Below are positions 55,116 to 64,000 of a stretch of DNA of 64,000 nucleotides, piece by piece. The stretch covers positions 64,993-128,992 of the forward strand of contig OZ252008.1 in the NCBI GenBank assembly GCA_965246995.1, read 5' to 3'. This stretch comes from Vicinamibacterales bacterium (GTDB lineage: Bacteria; Acidobacteriota; Vicinamibacteria; Vicinamibacterales; UBA8438). The notes below the pieces were generated by a model. It made no database searches. It was not told where the DNA came from and saw only the letters and a list, made by a program, of their open reading frames with translations. Position numbers and translations under genes: made by a program. How positions within the stretch are numbered: position 1 is the stretch's first letter; the number at the start of each line of letters is the position of its first letter.

Positions 55116-56263
55116 AGTACCTGCCGCTCGTCTGGAAGAACCTCTTCCGGCGGAAGACGCGCACGTTCTTCACCGTCGCGTCCATCGTCGTTGCGTTCAT
55201 CCTCTTCGCGTACCTCATGGCAGTGCGGCAATCCTTCAGCATGGGTGTCAGCGTGGCGGGTGCGGACCGGCTGCTGGTAAGCCACAAGGTGTCGCTGATT
55301 CTGCCGCTGCCCGAGAGCTACCTGGCACGGATCACCGCGGTCGACGGCGTCGCGGACCTCAGCTTCTCGCAGTGGTTCGGCGGCATCTACCAGGATCCCC
55401 GCAACTTCTTCCCGCAGTTCGCCGTCGACCCGGAGAGCTACCTTCGCCTCTACCCCGAGATTGTCCTGACCGAAACCGAGCGCGAGACCTGGATCCGGAA
55501 CCGGACCGGCGCCATTGTCGGCCGCGACCTCGCGGACCGGTACGGGTGGGCCGTGGGCGACCGGATTCCCCTGCAGGGAACCATCTTCCGCACCGCCGAT
55601 GACGCCCCGTGGGAGTTCACCATCGACGGCATCTTCGAAGCCGGCAACGGGGGCTTCCAGACGTCGATGCTGTATTTCCACTACGAGTACCTTGCCGAGG
55701 GGAACGCGCGCGGGGACCGCCTGATCGGCCAGTACGTCATCCGTGTGGACGATCCGGCCAACGCGGATGCGATCGCAGCCGCGGTGGATGCCCGCTTCGC
55801 CAACTCGCCGGCCGAAACGAAGACCTCCACCGAATCGGCATTCGCACAGGCAATGGCCAATCAGGCGGGCGACATCGGCGCCATCGTCGCCGCCGTACTC
55901 GCGGCCGTCTTCTTCACCATCCTGGTGATCGCCGCCAACACGATGGCGCAGGCGATCCGCGAACGAACCAGCGAACTGGCGGTGCTGAAGACGCTTGGCT
56001 TCACCGACCGGAAGGTGCTGATGCTGGTTTTGCTCGAGTCGTTCGTCCTGGCGGCGGCGGGCGGCGGCCTCGGGTTGGGACTCGGCTATCTGTTCACCCG
56101 GGCAGGCGATCCGACCGGCGGGTTCCTACAGGGCTTCGTCGTCCCGCCGGGCGACTGGCTGGTCGGCATCGCACTGGTGGCGACGCTGGGACTGCTCACC
56201 GGGATCCTGCCCGGGGTGCAGGCGACACGGCTCCGGATCGTCAACGCGCTCCGGAAGGTGTAA
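55112..56263 (+). CDS. ABC transporter permease, FtsX/MacB-like
   Basis: MKYLPLVWKNLFRRKTRTFFT is followed by a large periplasmic domain and a C-terminal FtsX block (ERTSELAVLKTLGFTDRKV...LPGVQATRLRIVNALR). There is a 4-nt overlap with the ATPase gene. Confidence 0.8.
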   Translation: MKYLPLVWKNLFRRKTRTFFTVASIVVAFILFAYLMAVRQSFSMGVSVAGADRLLVSHKVSLILPLPESYLARITAVDGVADLSFSQWFGGIYQDPRNFFPQFAVDPESYLRLYPEIVLTETERETWIRNRTGAIVGRDLADRYGWAVGDRIPLQGTIFRTADDAPWEFTIDGIFEAGNGGFQTSMLYFHYEYLAEGNARGDRLIGQYVIRVDDPANADAIAAAVDARFANSPAETKTSTESAFAQAMANQAGDIGAIVAAVLAAVFFTILVIAANTMAQAIRERTSELAVLKTLGFTDRKVLMLVLLESFVLAAAGGGLGLGLGYLFTRAGDPTGGFLQGFVVPPGDWLVGIALVATLGLLTGILPGVQATRLRIVNALRKV

Positions 56264-56287
56264 GGACGGCCAGCCACCGCGAAACCG

Positions 56288-57475
56288 ATGCGCTTTCTCA
56301 CCGAGGTTTTCACCGTCACCGCGCTGACGCTCCGGACGATCCCGCAGCGGGCCGGATCGTCCGCCGTCGCCGTCATCGGCGTGACCGGCGTGGTGATCGT
56401 CTTCGTCGCCGTGCTGTCCATTGCCGAGGGGTTCCGCGCGACGATGGTGGGCGCCGGTTCGCCCGACACGGCGATCGTGATGCGGGGCGGGAGCGACACC
56501 GAGTTGAGCAGCGCGCTCGATCTGTCCAGTGCCCGGATCGTGAAGGACGCTGCCGGTATAGCGCGCAACGACAGCGGACCGGTGGCATCCGCCGAGCTGT
56601 TCGTCGTGGTCGACGTCCCGAAGCGGAGCACCGACACACCGGCGAACGTGCCGCTGCGCGGTGTCGAGCCGGCCGCCTTCGACATCCACAACGAGTTGCA
56701 GATTGTCGAGGGCCGGGCGTTCCGCCCCGGCACGAACGAGATCATCGTGGGCCGCGGCGCTTCCCTACAGTTCCGGGGCCTGGAACTGGGCTCGACCCAG
56801 CGTTGGGGCGAGAGCACGTGGGAGGTCGTGGGTATCTTCGAGGCGGACGGCACCCTCGCAGAGTCGGAGATCTGGTGTGACGCGCTGGTCCTCGGACCCG
56901 CGTACCGGCGTGGCGACACGGTTCAGTCGGTCTTCGCGAAGCTCGAATCGACCGACGCTTTTGACACCTTCCGCGACGCCTTGACGACCGATCCACGTCT
57001 CGACGTGATGGTGGAGCGCGAGACCGACTACTACGCCGGACAGTCCGAGCTGATGACCGGCATCATCACCGGCGTCGGTACGTTCATCGCCATTCTGATG
57101 GGCGTCGGCGCCGTCTTCGGCGCCATCAACACGATGTACAACGCGGTCGCCACACGCACGCGCGAGATCGCGACCCTGCGCGCGCTCGGTTTCTCCGGCC
57201 TGCCGGTCGTGATTTCCGTAATGCTGGAATCGGTTCTGCTGAGCGTCGCCGGCGGCGTGATCGGCGGCACCCTCGCCTACCTCGCCTTCAACGGCTACCA
57301 GACCGCGACGCTCAATTTCCAGACCTTCAGCCAGGTGGCGTTCGCCTTCATGGTGACGCCGGCGCTGGCGGTGCAGGGAATCGTCGTCGCCGTCGTGATG
57401 GGCTTCCTCGGCGGCCTCTTCCCCGCCATCCGGGCCGCCCGCCTGCCGGTCGCCACTGCGCTGCGCGAGTTGTGA
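56288..57475 (+). CDS. ABC transporter permease, FtsX/MacB-like (second)
   Basis: The topology matches the first permease. The FtsX block reads TRTREIATLRALGFSGLPV...FPAIRAARLPVATALREL. Confidence 0.8.
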   Translation: MRFLTEVFTVTALTLRTIPQRAGSSAVAVIGVTGVVIVFVAVLSIAEGFRATMVGAGSPDTAIVMRGGSDTELSSALDLSSARIVKDAAGIARNDSGPVASAELFVVVDVPKRSTDTPANVPLRGVEPAAFDIHNELQIVEGRAFRPGTNEIIVGRGASLQFRGLELGSTQRWGESTWEVVGIFEADGTLAESEIWCDALVLGPAYRRGDTVQSVFAKLESTDAFDTFRDALTTDPRLDVMVERETDYYAGQSELMTGIITGVGTFIAILMGVGAVFGAINTMYNAVATRTREIATLRALGFSGLPVVISVMLESVLLSVAGGVIGGTLAYLAFNGYQTATLNFQTFSQVAFAFMVTPALAVQGIVVAVVMGFLGGLFPAIRAARLPVATALREL

Positions 57476-57623
57476 CGCCCGCGGTTACGGGGGAGACTGG
57501 AGGAAGCGCCGGATACTGGAGGCGGCCGCCTGCGGCGCGCAGTTTCGCCGCGTGCGGGACGCCCGCGGTCACTAGGCGCGCGGTTTCGCCGCGGGCAGGG
57601 ACGCCCGCGGTTACAAGGCGGGC
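57474..57623. repeat. Intergenic repeats: three copies of gacgcccgcggt(t/c)ac, the last two within a ~41-bp tandem unit
   Basis: The 15-mer occurs at 57474-57488, 57558-57572 and 57600-57614. Units gtttcgccgcgtgcgggacgcccgcggtcac... (57542-57582) and gtttcgccgcgggcagggacgcccgcggttac... (57583-57623) are near-identical. The core CCGCGG is palindromic. Confidence 0.7.
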
Positions 57624-57637
57624 TTACGCCCGCCTTG
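57614..57637 (+). terminator. Perfect 10-bp GC-rich hairpin downstream of the ABC operon (possible intrinsic terminator, no U-tract)
   Basis: caaggcgggc-ttac-gcccgccttg. It lies ~140 nt after the permease stop and ~35 nt before the next gene. Confidence 0.35.
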
Positions 57638-57673
57638 CGCCCGTCCACGGGCTAACGTAACCTTCGGAGTACC

Positions 57674-60412
57674 GTGCGTACCAAACTCTCGCTCGCACTC
57701 CTCGTGCTGGTGCTCTTCGTGATGCTGCCGTCGATGGCGGAGCTGTACACGGAGTGGATCTGGTTCGGCGAAGTAGGCTACCAGGGGCTCTTCGTCAAGA
57801 GCCTGACGGCGCGCGCCCTGGTCGGGATTGCCGGATTCCTGGTTGCTTTCGCTTTCCTCTTCGGCAACCTCCGCCTCGCGGTGCGGCGCGCGCAGCGGCC
57901 GTTCGTCGTCTTCACCGGCGGCGGTGACCTGCAACCGATCATCCTTGAACGGCGCCACCTCGGGTTCCTCGCGCTGGCGGTCGCCGCACTCGTCTCGCTG
58001 TTCATCTCAGGCGTGGCGTCGAGCCGCTGGATGACGGTGCTGCAGTACCTCGACGCGACGCCGTTCGGCGACGCGGATCCGCTCTTCGGGCGCGATGCGG
58101 GGTTCTACATCTTCACGCTGCCGATGCTCGATCTGCTCCGTCTGGGCCTGCAGTCGATCGTGATACTGACGCTCGCGGGCGCGGCCGGCGCCTACATCGT
58201 GGCGGGCGAGATCACTCTCGATCAGGCGAGTCTGCGCGTCGCCGACGCCGCGCGCCAGCACCTGCTGCTGCTTGTCGCCGCGATCTTCGTCCTGTTCGCG
58301 TGGGGCGCGTATCTCGACATGCCGCGCCTGCTCACAACGCCAGCCGGCATTGTCCACGGCGCGGCCTATGCCGACGTGGCCATCCGTCTGCCAGTCTTCC
58401 GGATCCTGATGGCGGCGTCGGTCCTCGCGGCGGGTGCGGCGCTCTACTCGGCGTTTGCCTCCACGACCTGGCCCGTCGCCGCCGCAGTGGGCGTCTACAT
58501 GGTCGTCTGGGTCGGGGGCGGCGCCACGGCAGGGCTGTTCCAGCAACTGATCGTCACGCCAGACGAACAGCAGAAGGAAGCACCCTTCATCGCGCACAAC
58601 ATCGCCGGGACCCGAACCGCGTTCGACCTCGACGAGGTGGAGGAACGGCAGGTGTCTGGCGATGCGCTGCTGACGATGGATGACATCGCCAACAACGCCG
58701 AGACGATCAACAACATCCGCCTGTGGGATCACCAGCCGCTGCTCGACACGTTCGGCCAGATCCAGGAGATTCGGACGTACTACGAGTTCGCCTCGGTCGA
58801 CAACGACCGATACGTCATCGACGGCGAGTACCGGCAGACAATGCTGTCGAGCCGCGAGCTCAACTCCGACAGCCTGCCGAACCGGTCCTGGATCAACGAG
58901 CGGCTGCAGTACACGCACGGCTTCGGTGTCGCGCTCGGCCCCGTCAACCAGGTGACGCCGGAAGGCCTCCCGGTGTTGTTCATCCAGGACCTGCCGCCGG
59001 CGTCGAAAACCGATCTTCAGGTGGACGAGCCGAGCATCTACTTCGGCGAACTGTCGAACGACTACGTCCTGATCAACACCAACACCGACGAGTTCCACTA
59101 CCCGGAAGGGGAGGACAACGTCTCGACCCGCTACGACGGGGCGGGCGGCCTCGAGCTCGGAAACGCCTTCCACCGGCTGCTGTTCAGCCTGCGCTTCCGG
59201 TCCTACGAGATCCTGGTCAGCGGACAGCTCAACGCGGACAGCCGCATCATCTATCACCGGAACATCTCGGAGCGGATGGCGAACATCGCCCCGTTCCTCC
59301 GTTACGACGCCGACCCCTACCTGGTGATCGCCGACGGTCGGCTCTACTGGATTCGCGACGCGTACACGGTGAGCGGCAACTATCCGTACTCGACACCGGT
59401 AGCGGCCGGCGTCAACTACATCCGCAACTCGGTGAAGGTCGTCATCGACGCGTACAACGGCTACACAACCTTCTACTTGGCGGAACCCAACGATCCGATC
59501 GCCGTCACGCTCGGCAAGATCTTCCCGGGCTGGCTGAAGCCCCTCGATACGATGCCGGCATCGCTTCGCAGCCACCTCCGCTATCCAGAGGGGATCTTCT
59601 CGCTGCAGACGGCGATGTACTCCACCTTCCACATGACCAACCCCTCGGTGTTCTACAACCGCGAGGACCAGTGGGACGTGCCGGTGATCGACAACGAGCA
59701 GATGGAGCCGTACTACACCATCATGCGGTTGCCGGGCGAGGAGCGGGCCGAGTTCATCCAGATGCTCCCGTTCACGCCGCGTGGCAAGAACAACCTCGCC
59801 GCCTGGATGGTCGCACGCAGCGACGGCGACAACTACGGCAAGATGTTCGTCTTCCAGTTCCCGAAGCAGAAACTGATCTTCGGCCCTTCGCAGATTGTCG
59901 CGCGGATCAACCAGGATCAGGACATCTCCCCGCAGATCACGCTGTGGAACCAGCAGGGCTCCGAGGTGATTCAGGGCACGCTCCTGGTGATTCCGATCGA
60001 GGAGGCGCTGCTCTATATCCGGCCGCTCTACCTGCGTGCTTCGGGCGGACGGATCCCGGAACTGACCCGCGTGGTCGTTGCCTACCAGAATCAGATCGTG
60101 ATGGAGGATACGCTCGACCACGCGCTCGACCGGCTGTTTGGCGGCACACCGTCGGCAACGAGTCCCGCTACGAGCAATCTCTTGATGACCGACGCCGCGC
60201 CCGGTGCCGCGGCCGAAGCCGCCTTGGCGCCCACGGCCGCACCGGTTGCTGGCGACAGTCCCCTGGGCACATCCACCGCTCTGGCCACGCGGGCGCAGGA
60301 TCACTACTCGCGCGCCCTGGTGGCCCAGCGCGACGGCAACTGGGCGCTCTACGGCGAGGAGATTCAACGCCTCGGCGCGATCCTCGAAGAACTGCAGGAG
60401 AACGAGAACTGA
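57674..60412 (+). CDS. UPF0182-family large membrane protein
   Basis: 912 aa. The N-terminus YTEWIWFGEVGY...F has about 7 helices. It is followed by a large extracytoplasmic region with IRLWD, YYEF, LQYTHGFG, PSIYFGE, YWIRDAYT..NYPYS, IDAYNG, LRYPE.LF, YY..M.LPGE...EF.....F.P, MVAR.D and LWNQ.GS.V..G.LLVIPI...LYI.PLYL, a block order I recognise as UPF0182. Confidence 0.8.
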   Translation: MRTKLSLALLVLVLFVMLPSMAELYTEWIWFGEVGYQGLFVKSLTARALVGIAGFLVAFAFLFGNLRLAVRRAQRPFVVFTGGGDLQPIILERRHLGFLALAVAALVSLFISGVASSRWMTVLQYLDATPFGDADPLFGRDAGFYIFTLPMLDLLRLGLQSIVILTLAGAAGAYIVAGEITLDQASLRVADAARQHLLLLVAAIFVLFAWGAYLDMPRLLTTPAGIVHGAAYADVAIRLPVFRILMAASVLAAGAALYSAFASTTWPVAAAVGVYMVVWVGGGATAGLFQQLIVTPDEQQKEAPFIAHNIAGTRTAFDLDEVEERQVSGDALLTMDDIANNAETINNIRLWDHQPLLDTFGQIQEIRTYYEFASVDNDRYVIDGEYRQTMLSSRELNSDSLPNRSWINERLQYTHGFGVALGPVNQVTPEGLPVLFIQDLPPASKTDLQVDEPSIYFGELSNDYVLINTNTDEFHYPEGEDNVSTRYDGAGGLELGNAFHRLLFSLRFRSYEILVSGQLNADSRIIYHRNISERMANIAPFLRYDADPYLVIADGRLYWIRDAYTVSGNYPYSTPVAAGVNYIRNSVKVVIDAYNGYTTFYLAEPNDPIAVTLGKIFPGWLKPLDTMPASLRSHLRYPEGIFSLQTAMYSTFHMTNPSVFYNREDQWDVPVIDNEQMEPYYTIMRLPGEERAEFIQMLPFTPRGKNNLAAWMVARSDGDNYGKMFVFQFPKQKLIFGPSQIVARINQDQDISPQITLWNQQGSEVIQGTLLVIPIEEALLYIRPLYLRASGGRIPELTRVVVAYQNQIVMEDTLDHALDRLFGGTPSATSPATSNLLMTDAAPGAAAEAALAPTAAPVAGDSPLGTSTALATRAQDHYSRALVAQRDGNWALYGEEIQRLGAILEELQENEN

Positions 60413-60426
60413 GGAGTAGAGACGCC

Positions 60427-61761
60427 ATGACCATATTTCACGGACAAGGACAACGTGGAACGACTGCGGCCGCCGTGCTCGCCGCCATCGCGCTGACGGC
60501 AGCGGCTTGCGGGCCGGGGGAGCCGGAGGTGGTGGAGCCGACGCCCGGACTGCTCGCATTCACCGGCGCGAAACTGGTTACCGGTGAGGGCGACGCCATC
60601 GACAACGGGACGATGGTGGTGCGCGACGGGATGATCGAGGCAATCGGCGGAGCCGAGGAGGTCGAAGTCCCGGCCGACGCGACAACGGTTGATCTCGCTG
60701 GCCGGACCGTGACGCCGGGACTGATCAACGCACACGGCCATGTGAACAACGTGCGGGGCCTCGAGGCCGACCCGTCGTTCTACACCGAGGAACACGTCGC
60801 GAGTCAATTGGCCCTCTATGCCCGCTATGGCGTCACGACGGTAGCGAGCCTGGGCGGCGATGGTCCGGAGAGCGTCGCGGTGCGCAACCGGGAGGACGCC
60901 AGCCTGATGCATGCGCGGATCCGGGTCGCTGGACCGGTCATCGTCAGCGATGACCCGGAGGAAGCGACCGCGATTGTGAACGAAGTGGCCGACACGGGGG
61001 TGGACTTCATCAAGATCCGGGTCGACGACAACCTGGGCGCCACGCAGAAGATGACGCCAGAGGTGTACCAGGCGGTCATCGACGCGGCGCACGCCCGCGG
61101 CCTGAAGCTGACGTCGCACCTCTACTACCTGGACGACGCCAAGAGCCTGCTCGATGCGGGAAGCGACTTCCTCGCACACAGTGTCCGCGACCTCGCGGTC
61201 GATGACGACCTGATCGCGAAGCTGCAGGAAACCGGCGTCTGCTACTGCCCGACACTGATGCGCGAAGTGTCGACCTATGTCTACGAGGAACGGCCGGACT
61301 GGTTCGATGACCCCTTCTTCCTGCGGGACGCGGATCCGGCCGTCATGGCCGCTCTACAGGAGCCGGAGCGGATGGAAGGCGTGCGCAACAGTTCGAGCGC
61401 GCAAACCTACAAGGCCCAGTTGCCGCTGGCGATGGAGAACCTGAAGACGGTCCATGACGCCGGCATCCCCATCGCGATGGGAACCGACACCGGCCCCGCC
61501 GCGCGGTTCCAGGGCTACTTCGAGCACGGTGAACTGGAGCTGATGGTCGACTCGGGCATGTCACCGATGGAGACGATCGTCGCGAGCACGAGCGCCGCCG
61601 CGGACTGCCTCGGCATCGAGGGCGTCGGCCGGCTGGCGCCCGGCAACCATGCCGACTTCATCATCTTCACCGCAGATCCGTCGGTCGATATCGCGAACAG
61701 CAAGACAATCGAGTCGGTCTGGATCGCCGGCAACGAAGTGCCCGGCAGCGCCAGCAACTGA
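60427..61761 (+). CDS. Amidohydrolase-family lipoprotein (metal-dependent hydrolase)
   Basis: ATG at 60427. The lipobox is LTAAAC. Motifs include VVRDGMIEAIGG, VTPGLINAHGHV (HxH), FIKIRVDD (metal-bridging Lys region), SHL, AHS and GTDTG. The listed 1012-aa ORF is an out-of-frame run over the previous gene. Confidence 0.75.
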   Translation: MTIFHGQGQRGTTAAAVLAAIALTAAACGPGEPEVVEPTPGLLAFTGAKLVTGEGDAIDNGTMVVRDGMIEAIGGAEEVEVPADATTVDLAGRTVTPGLINAHGHVNNVRGLEADPSFYTEEHVASQLALYARYGVTTVASLGGDGPESVAVRNREDASLMHARIRVAGPVIVSDDPEEATAIVNEVADTGVDFIKIRVDDNLGATQKMTPEVYQAVIDAAHARGLKLTSHLYYLDDAKSLLDAGSDFLAHSVRDLAVDDDLIAKLQETGVCYCPTLMREVSTYVYEERPDWFDDPFFLRDADPAVMAALQEPERMEGVRNSSSAQTYKAQLPLAMENLKTVHDAGIPIAMGTDTGPAARFQGYFEHGELELMVDSGMSPMETIVASTSAAADCLGIEGVGRLAPGNHADFIIFTADPSVDIANSKTIESVWIAGNEVPGSASN

Positions 61762-61842
61762 CTCGGCCCGGTTGGACGCGGCGTGCAGCCGGTCGGATGA
61801 CGACGACGGCCGGCTGCGCGGCTGCACACCCGATCTCCTGAC

Positions 61843-62328
61843 GTGCCGACCCGAAAGGCCCTCTATCTCGCGAATCCGTACGGCTTTTCGGCGCAGTTGA
61901 AGGCCGGGCCGCTGCAGGCGCTGGTCGCCGCGCTCGACGCGGCCGGCGCTGAAGTCTGGGAACCTTTCGCGCGCAACAACCAGGCGGACATCGGAGGCGC
62001 GGGCTGGGCGTACCGTATCGGTCAGGCGGACGTCCGTGACGTGCGCGCGGCCGACGGGATCTTCGCGGTGGTCAACGGGTGCCCGCCCGACGAAGGCGTG
62101 ATGGTCGAACTGGGCCTGGCCATCGCCTGGGGCAAACCGACGTTTCTCTTTCGCGACGATTTCCGCCGCTGTACCGACAGCACGACGTACCCCCTCAACC
62201 TCATGCTCTTCACCGGCATACCCGAAACCGGATGGGAGCGCTACTGGTACGCGTCGCTCGACGAGATCGCCGATCCCGACAAGGCGCTCGCCCGCTGGCT
62301 GCGCGGCGAACCGCTGTCCGGGGCCTGA
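61843..62328 (+). CDS. Nucleoside 2-deoxyribosyltransferase-like protein
   Basis: ALYLANPYGFS...GIFAVVNGCPPDEGVMVELGLAIAWGKPTFLF fits the Rossmann-like NDT fold with its conserved acidic residue. Confidence 0.6.
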   Translation: MPTRKALYLANPYGFSAQLKAGPLQALVAALDAAGAEVWEPFARNNQADIGGAGWAYRIGQADVRDVRAADGIFAVVNGCPPDEGVMVELGLAIAWGKPTFLFRDDFRRCTDSTTYPLNLMLFTGIPETGWERYWYASLDEIADPDKALARWLRGEPLSGA

Positions 62329-62333
62329 TCCGG

Positions 62334-63940
62334 CCTAGGAGTCTGCGCCGTAGAAAATACGACAATTGCGGCAGACCTGATCTTGACGGAAGGACGTGAT
62401 GTCGACGACGTTTCGCCGCTACGCCCCGGACCAATCGTTGCTGTTGCCACCAGATTTGCAGGCGTGGTTGCCGGAGGGCCACTTGGCGCACCATGTCAGC
62501 GACTTGGTGGACGGTCTTGATCTGACGGCATTTTACGCACCGTATGAGGGTGACGGTCGGCGCAACGCGCCGTATGAGCCGCGGATGATGTTGAAGGTGC
62601 TGATCTACGCGTATGCGACGGGGGTGTTTTCGTCGCGGGGGATCGCGAGGAAGCTGGAAGAGGACGTGGCTTTCCGAGTGCTGGCGGCGGGCAATTTTCC
62701 GCAACACCGTACGGTGTGCGAGTTTCGTCGTCGGCATCTGGAGGACTTCAAGAAGCTGTTCGTGGAGGTGGTTCGTCTGGCGCGGGAGTTGGGGGTGGCG
62801 AGCTTCGGGAAGCTGTCGATAGACGGGACGAAGGTGCGGGCGAACGCGAGCAAACGCAAGGCGATGAGCTACGGTCGGATGCAGGAGGAGGAGCGTCGCT
62901 TGGTCGGCGAGATTGACGCGCTGCTGGCGTCGGCGGACGACGCTGACGCGGCCGAGGATGCGCGGTTGGGGGCGGCGGTGCGCGGCGACGAGCTGCCGAC
63001 GGAGTTGCGGCGGCGGGAGGATCGTCTGGCGGCGATCCGGGCGGCGAAGGCGCGTCTGGAGGCGGCGCAGCGGGCGGCGGACGACGCGCGCGGGCGGCAG
63101 CCGGGCGAGGGTCGGAACCCGCAGGGCGGTCGGCCGTACAAGCGGGCGTATGGCGAGCCGGACGAGAAGGCGCAGAGCAACTTCACGGATCCGGACAGCA
63201 GGATCATGAAGACGAGCAACGAAGGGTTCCAGCAGTGCTACAACGCGCAGGTGGCGGTGGATGGTGACCACCAGTTGGTGGTGGCGACCGACGTGACGGC
63301 GAACGCGAGTGACCAGGGCGGGTTGCCGGCGCTGCTCGACGCGGTGTCGGAGACGTTCGACGCGCAGCCGGAGACGGTGCTGGCCGACGCCGGGTATTGC
63401 AACGAGCGGGACTTGGTGGACCTGGAGACGCGGGGCGTCAACGGGTATGTGGCGCCGGGGCGAGAGGGTAAGACGGCGACGACCAGCGACCCCAAGAAGC
63501 ATCCGGCGACGAGTCGCATGTCGGAGAAACTGGCGACGCGGGCGGGCCGGGCGGCGTATGCGGAACGCAAGTGGCTGTCGGAGGCCCCGCACGGCTGGAT
63601 CAAGCACGTGCTGGGATTCCGGCGCTTCAGCCTGCGGGGACTCGCCACGGCGGGCGGCGAGTGGGACTTGGTGTGCCTGGCGTTGAACGTCAAACGCCTT
63701 CAGCCCCTGATGGGGATGTGAAACGCGAGGTATGAAGCCGGCAACGGCCGCGCAGCGGTGCGAATCGTGGCCGCTGGCGAGCCCCGGGGCGCGTCGGAGC
63801 CGATTTTGCCGACCGTTTCGCCGGCCGCCGAGAATCGACCTCGCCCGCTGACCGGCGAGGTCGCCCCGACGCGGTGCGTCAGGTTGTGGGCCGACGGCCA
63901 ACTATCGTCCGGCGAATCTCCTACGGCGCAGACTCCTAGG
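62334..63940 (+). mobile_element. IS1182-family (IS5 superfamily) insertion sequence with perfect 20-bp terminal inverted repeats
   Basis: cctaggagtctgcgccgtag (62334-62353) is the exact reverse complement of ctacggcgcagactcctagg (63921-63940). A single transposase gene lies inside. The left end is 5 nt after the stop of the preceding gene. Confidence 0.85.
62396..63721 (+). CDS. IS1182-family DDE transposase
   Basis: FRRYAPDQSLLLPPDLQAWLPEGHLAHHVSDLVDGLDL..FY...GRRNAPYEPRMMLKVLIYAYATGVFSSRGIARKLEEDVAFRVLAAGNFPQHRTVCEFRRRHL...SIDGTKVRANAS...coiled-coil insert...ADAGYCNE...ERKWLSEAPHGWIKHVLGFRRFSLRGL is the typical IS1182 organisation. Confidence 0.9.
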   Translation: MMSTTFRRYAPDQSLLLPPDLQAWLPEGHLAHHVSDLVDGLDLTAFYAPYEGDGRRNAPYEPRMMLKVLIYAYATGVFSSRGIARKLEEDVAFRVLAAGNFPQHRTVCEFRRRHLEDFKKLFVEVVRLARELGVASFGKLSIDGTKVRANASKRKAMSYGRMQEEERRLVGEIDALLASADDADAAEDARLGAAVRGDELPTELRRREDRLAAIRAAKARLEAAQRAADDARGRQPGEGRNPQGGRPYKRAYGEPDEKAQSNFTDPDSRIMKTSNEGFQQCYNAQVAVDGDHQLVVATDVTANASDQGGLPALLDAVSETFDAQPETVLADAGYCNERDLVDLETRGVNGYVAPGREGKTATTSDPKKHPATSRMSEKLATRAGRAAYAERKWLSEAPHGWIKHVLGFRRFSLRGLATAGGEWDLVCLALNVKRLQPLMGM

Positions 63941-64000
63941 AGCCCGTGGTGACGCCCTGCTTCTTCCAGTAGCGGGCCAGGCCGAGCCAGCACTGATCGA

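Noticed and set aside
58723-61761. 1012-aa ORF suggesting a giant protein spanning the UPF0182 and amidohydrolase regions.
   Set aside because: The first 568 codons are an out-of-frame Arg/Pro-rich read across the UPF0182 gene. A proper start with a lipoprotein signal (MTIFHGQ...LTAAAC) occurs at 60427, just after the UPF0182 stop.
63941-63952. The 12-mer agcccgtggtga occurs both right after the IS1182 right end (63941-63952) and at the left terminus of the IS5-type element (9416-9427). This hints at a shared IS end or a preferred target.
   Set aside because: Similarity does not extend beyond 12 nt on either side, and the two elements have different terminal repeats. It could be coincidence in GC-rich DNA. 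It would be worth a genome-wide count, but it is not supportable from this window.
1-64000. Scan for CRISPR arrays, rRNA and tRNA genes.
   Set aside because: No regularly spaced repeats other than the short intergenic ones at 57.5 kb were seen. No rRNA-like or cloverleaf-like segments appear in the few intergenic gaps. A covariance-model scan would be needed to be certain.

Overview
High-GC (about two-thirds G+C by eye) bacterial chromosomal window, gene-dense on both strands. I saw no rRNA, tRNA or CRISPR. All family calls are made by eye from motifs; no database search was possible.

Layout:
(1) 0-10.9 kb is a decayed defence/mobile mosaic. It holds the 3' end of a helicase-type gene, a VapBC pair, and a ~1200-aa gamma-class N6-adenine DNA methyltransferase whose 3' end is cut by an IS1380-family fragment. 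Next comes a visibly AT-richer ~2.3 kb foreign insert (a PIN / GNAT-like / ASCH-like multidomain ORF plus a stand-alone ASCH protein), then a frameshifted IS630 copy cut by an IS5/IS1182-type element.
(2) 10.9-26.6 kb encodes secreted or periplasmic proteins: a lipocalin-like lipoprotein, a nuclease-like protein, a PHP phosphoesterase, a beta-helix protein, an sGDH-type sugar dehydrogenase, NHL propellers and a 5'-nucleotidase. An IS3-remnant + IS630 nest sits at 16.5-18.1 kb.
(3) 26.6-40.5 kb is an island of five eight-bladed PQQ-type dehydrogenases. Three are paralogues carrying a C-terminal amicyanin-like cupredoxin domain (one is frameshifted). A second VapBC pair and two tandem unknown secreted paralogues are interspersed.
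(4) 40.7-44.9 kb is an A-type haem-copper cytochrome c oxidase operon in the order I-III-IV-two small ORFs-II.
(5) 44.9-53.1 kb holds a DsbA-like protein, an FAD oxidase, a CopA operon and an FNR-like reductase.
(6) 53.2-64 kb holds a MacAB-like exporter, a UPF0182 protein, an amidohydrolase, a deoxyribosyltransferase-like gene and an IS1182-family element with perfect 20-bp terminal repeats.

Most notable:
(a) An in-frame TGA sits exactly at the first Cys position of a CxxC motif in a two-unit thioredoxin-fold protein upstream of copA, with a SECIS-like hairpin just downstream. This is a probable selenoprotein that the ORF track splits.
(b) The PQQ-dehydrogenase::cupredoxin fusions have the axial Met replaced by Ala in all three copies and lie next to an oxidase whose subunit II has no cytochrome c domain.
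(c) The low-GC PIN/GNAT-like/ASCH + ASCH cassette is a candidate uncharacterised toxin-antitoxin or defence module.
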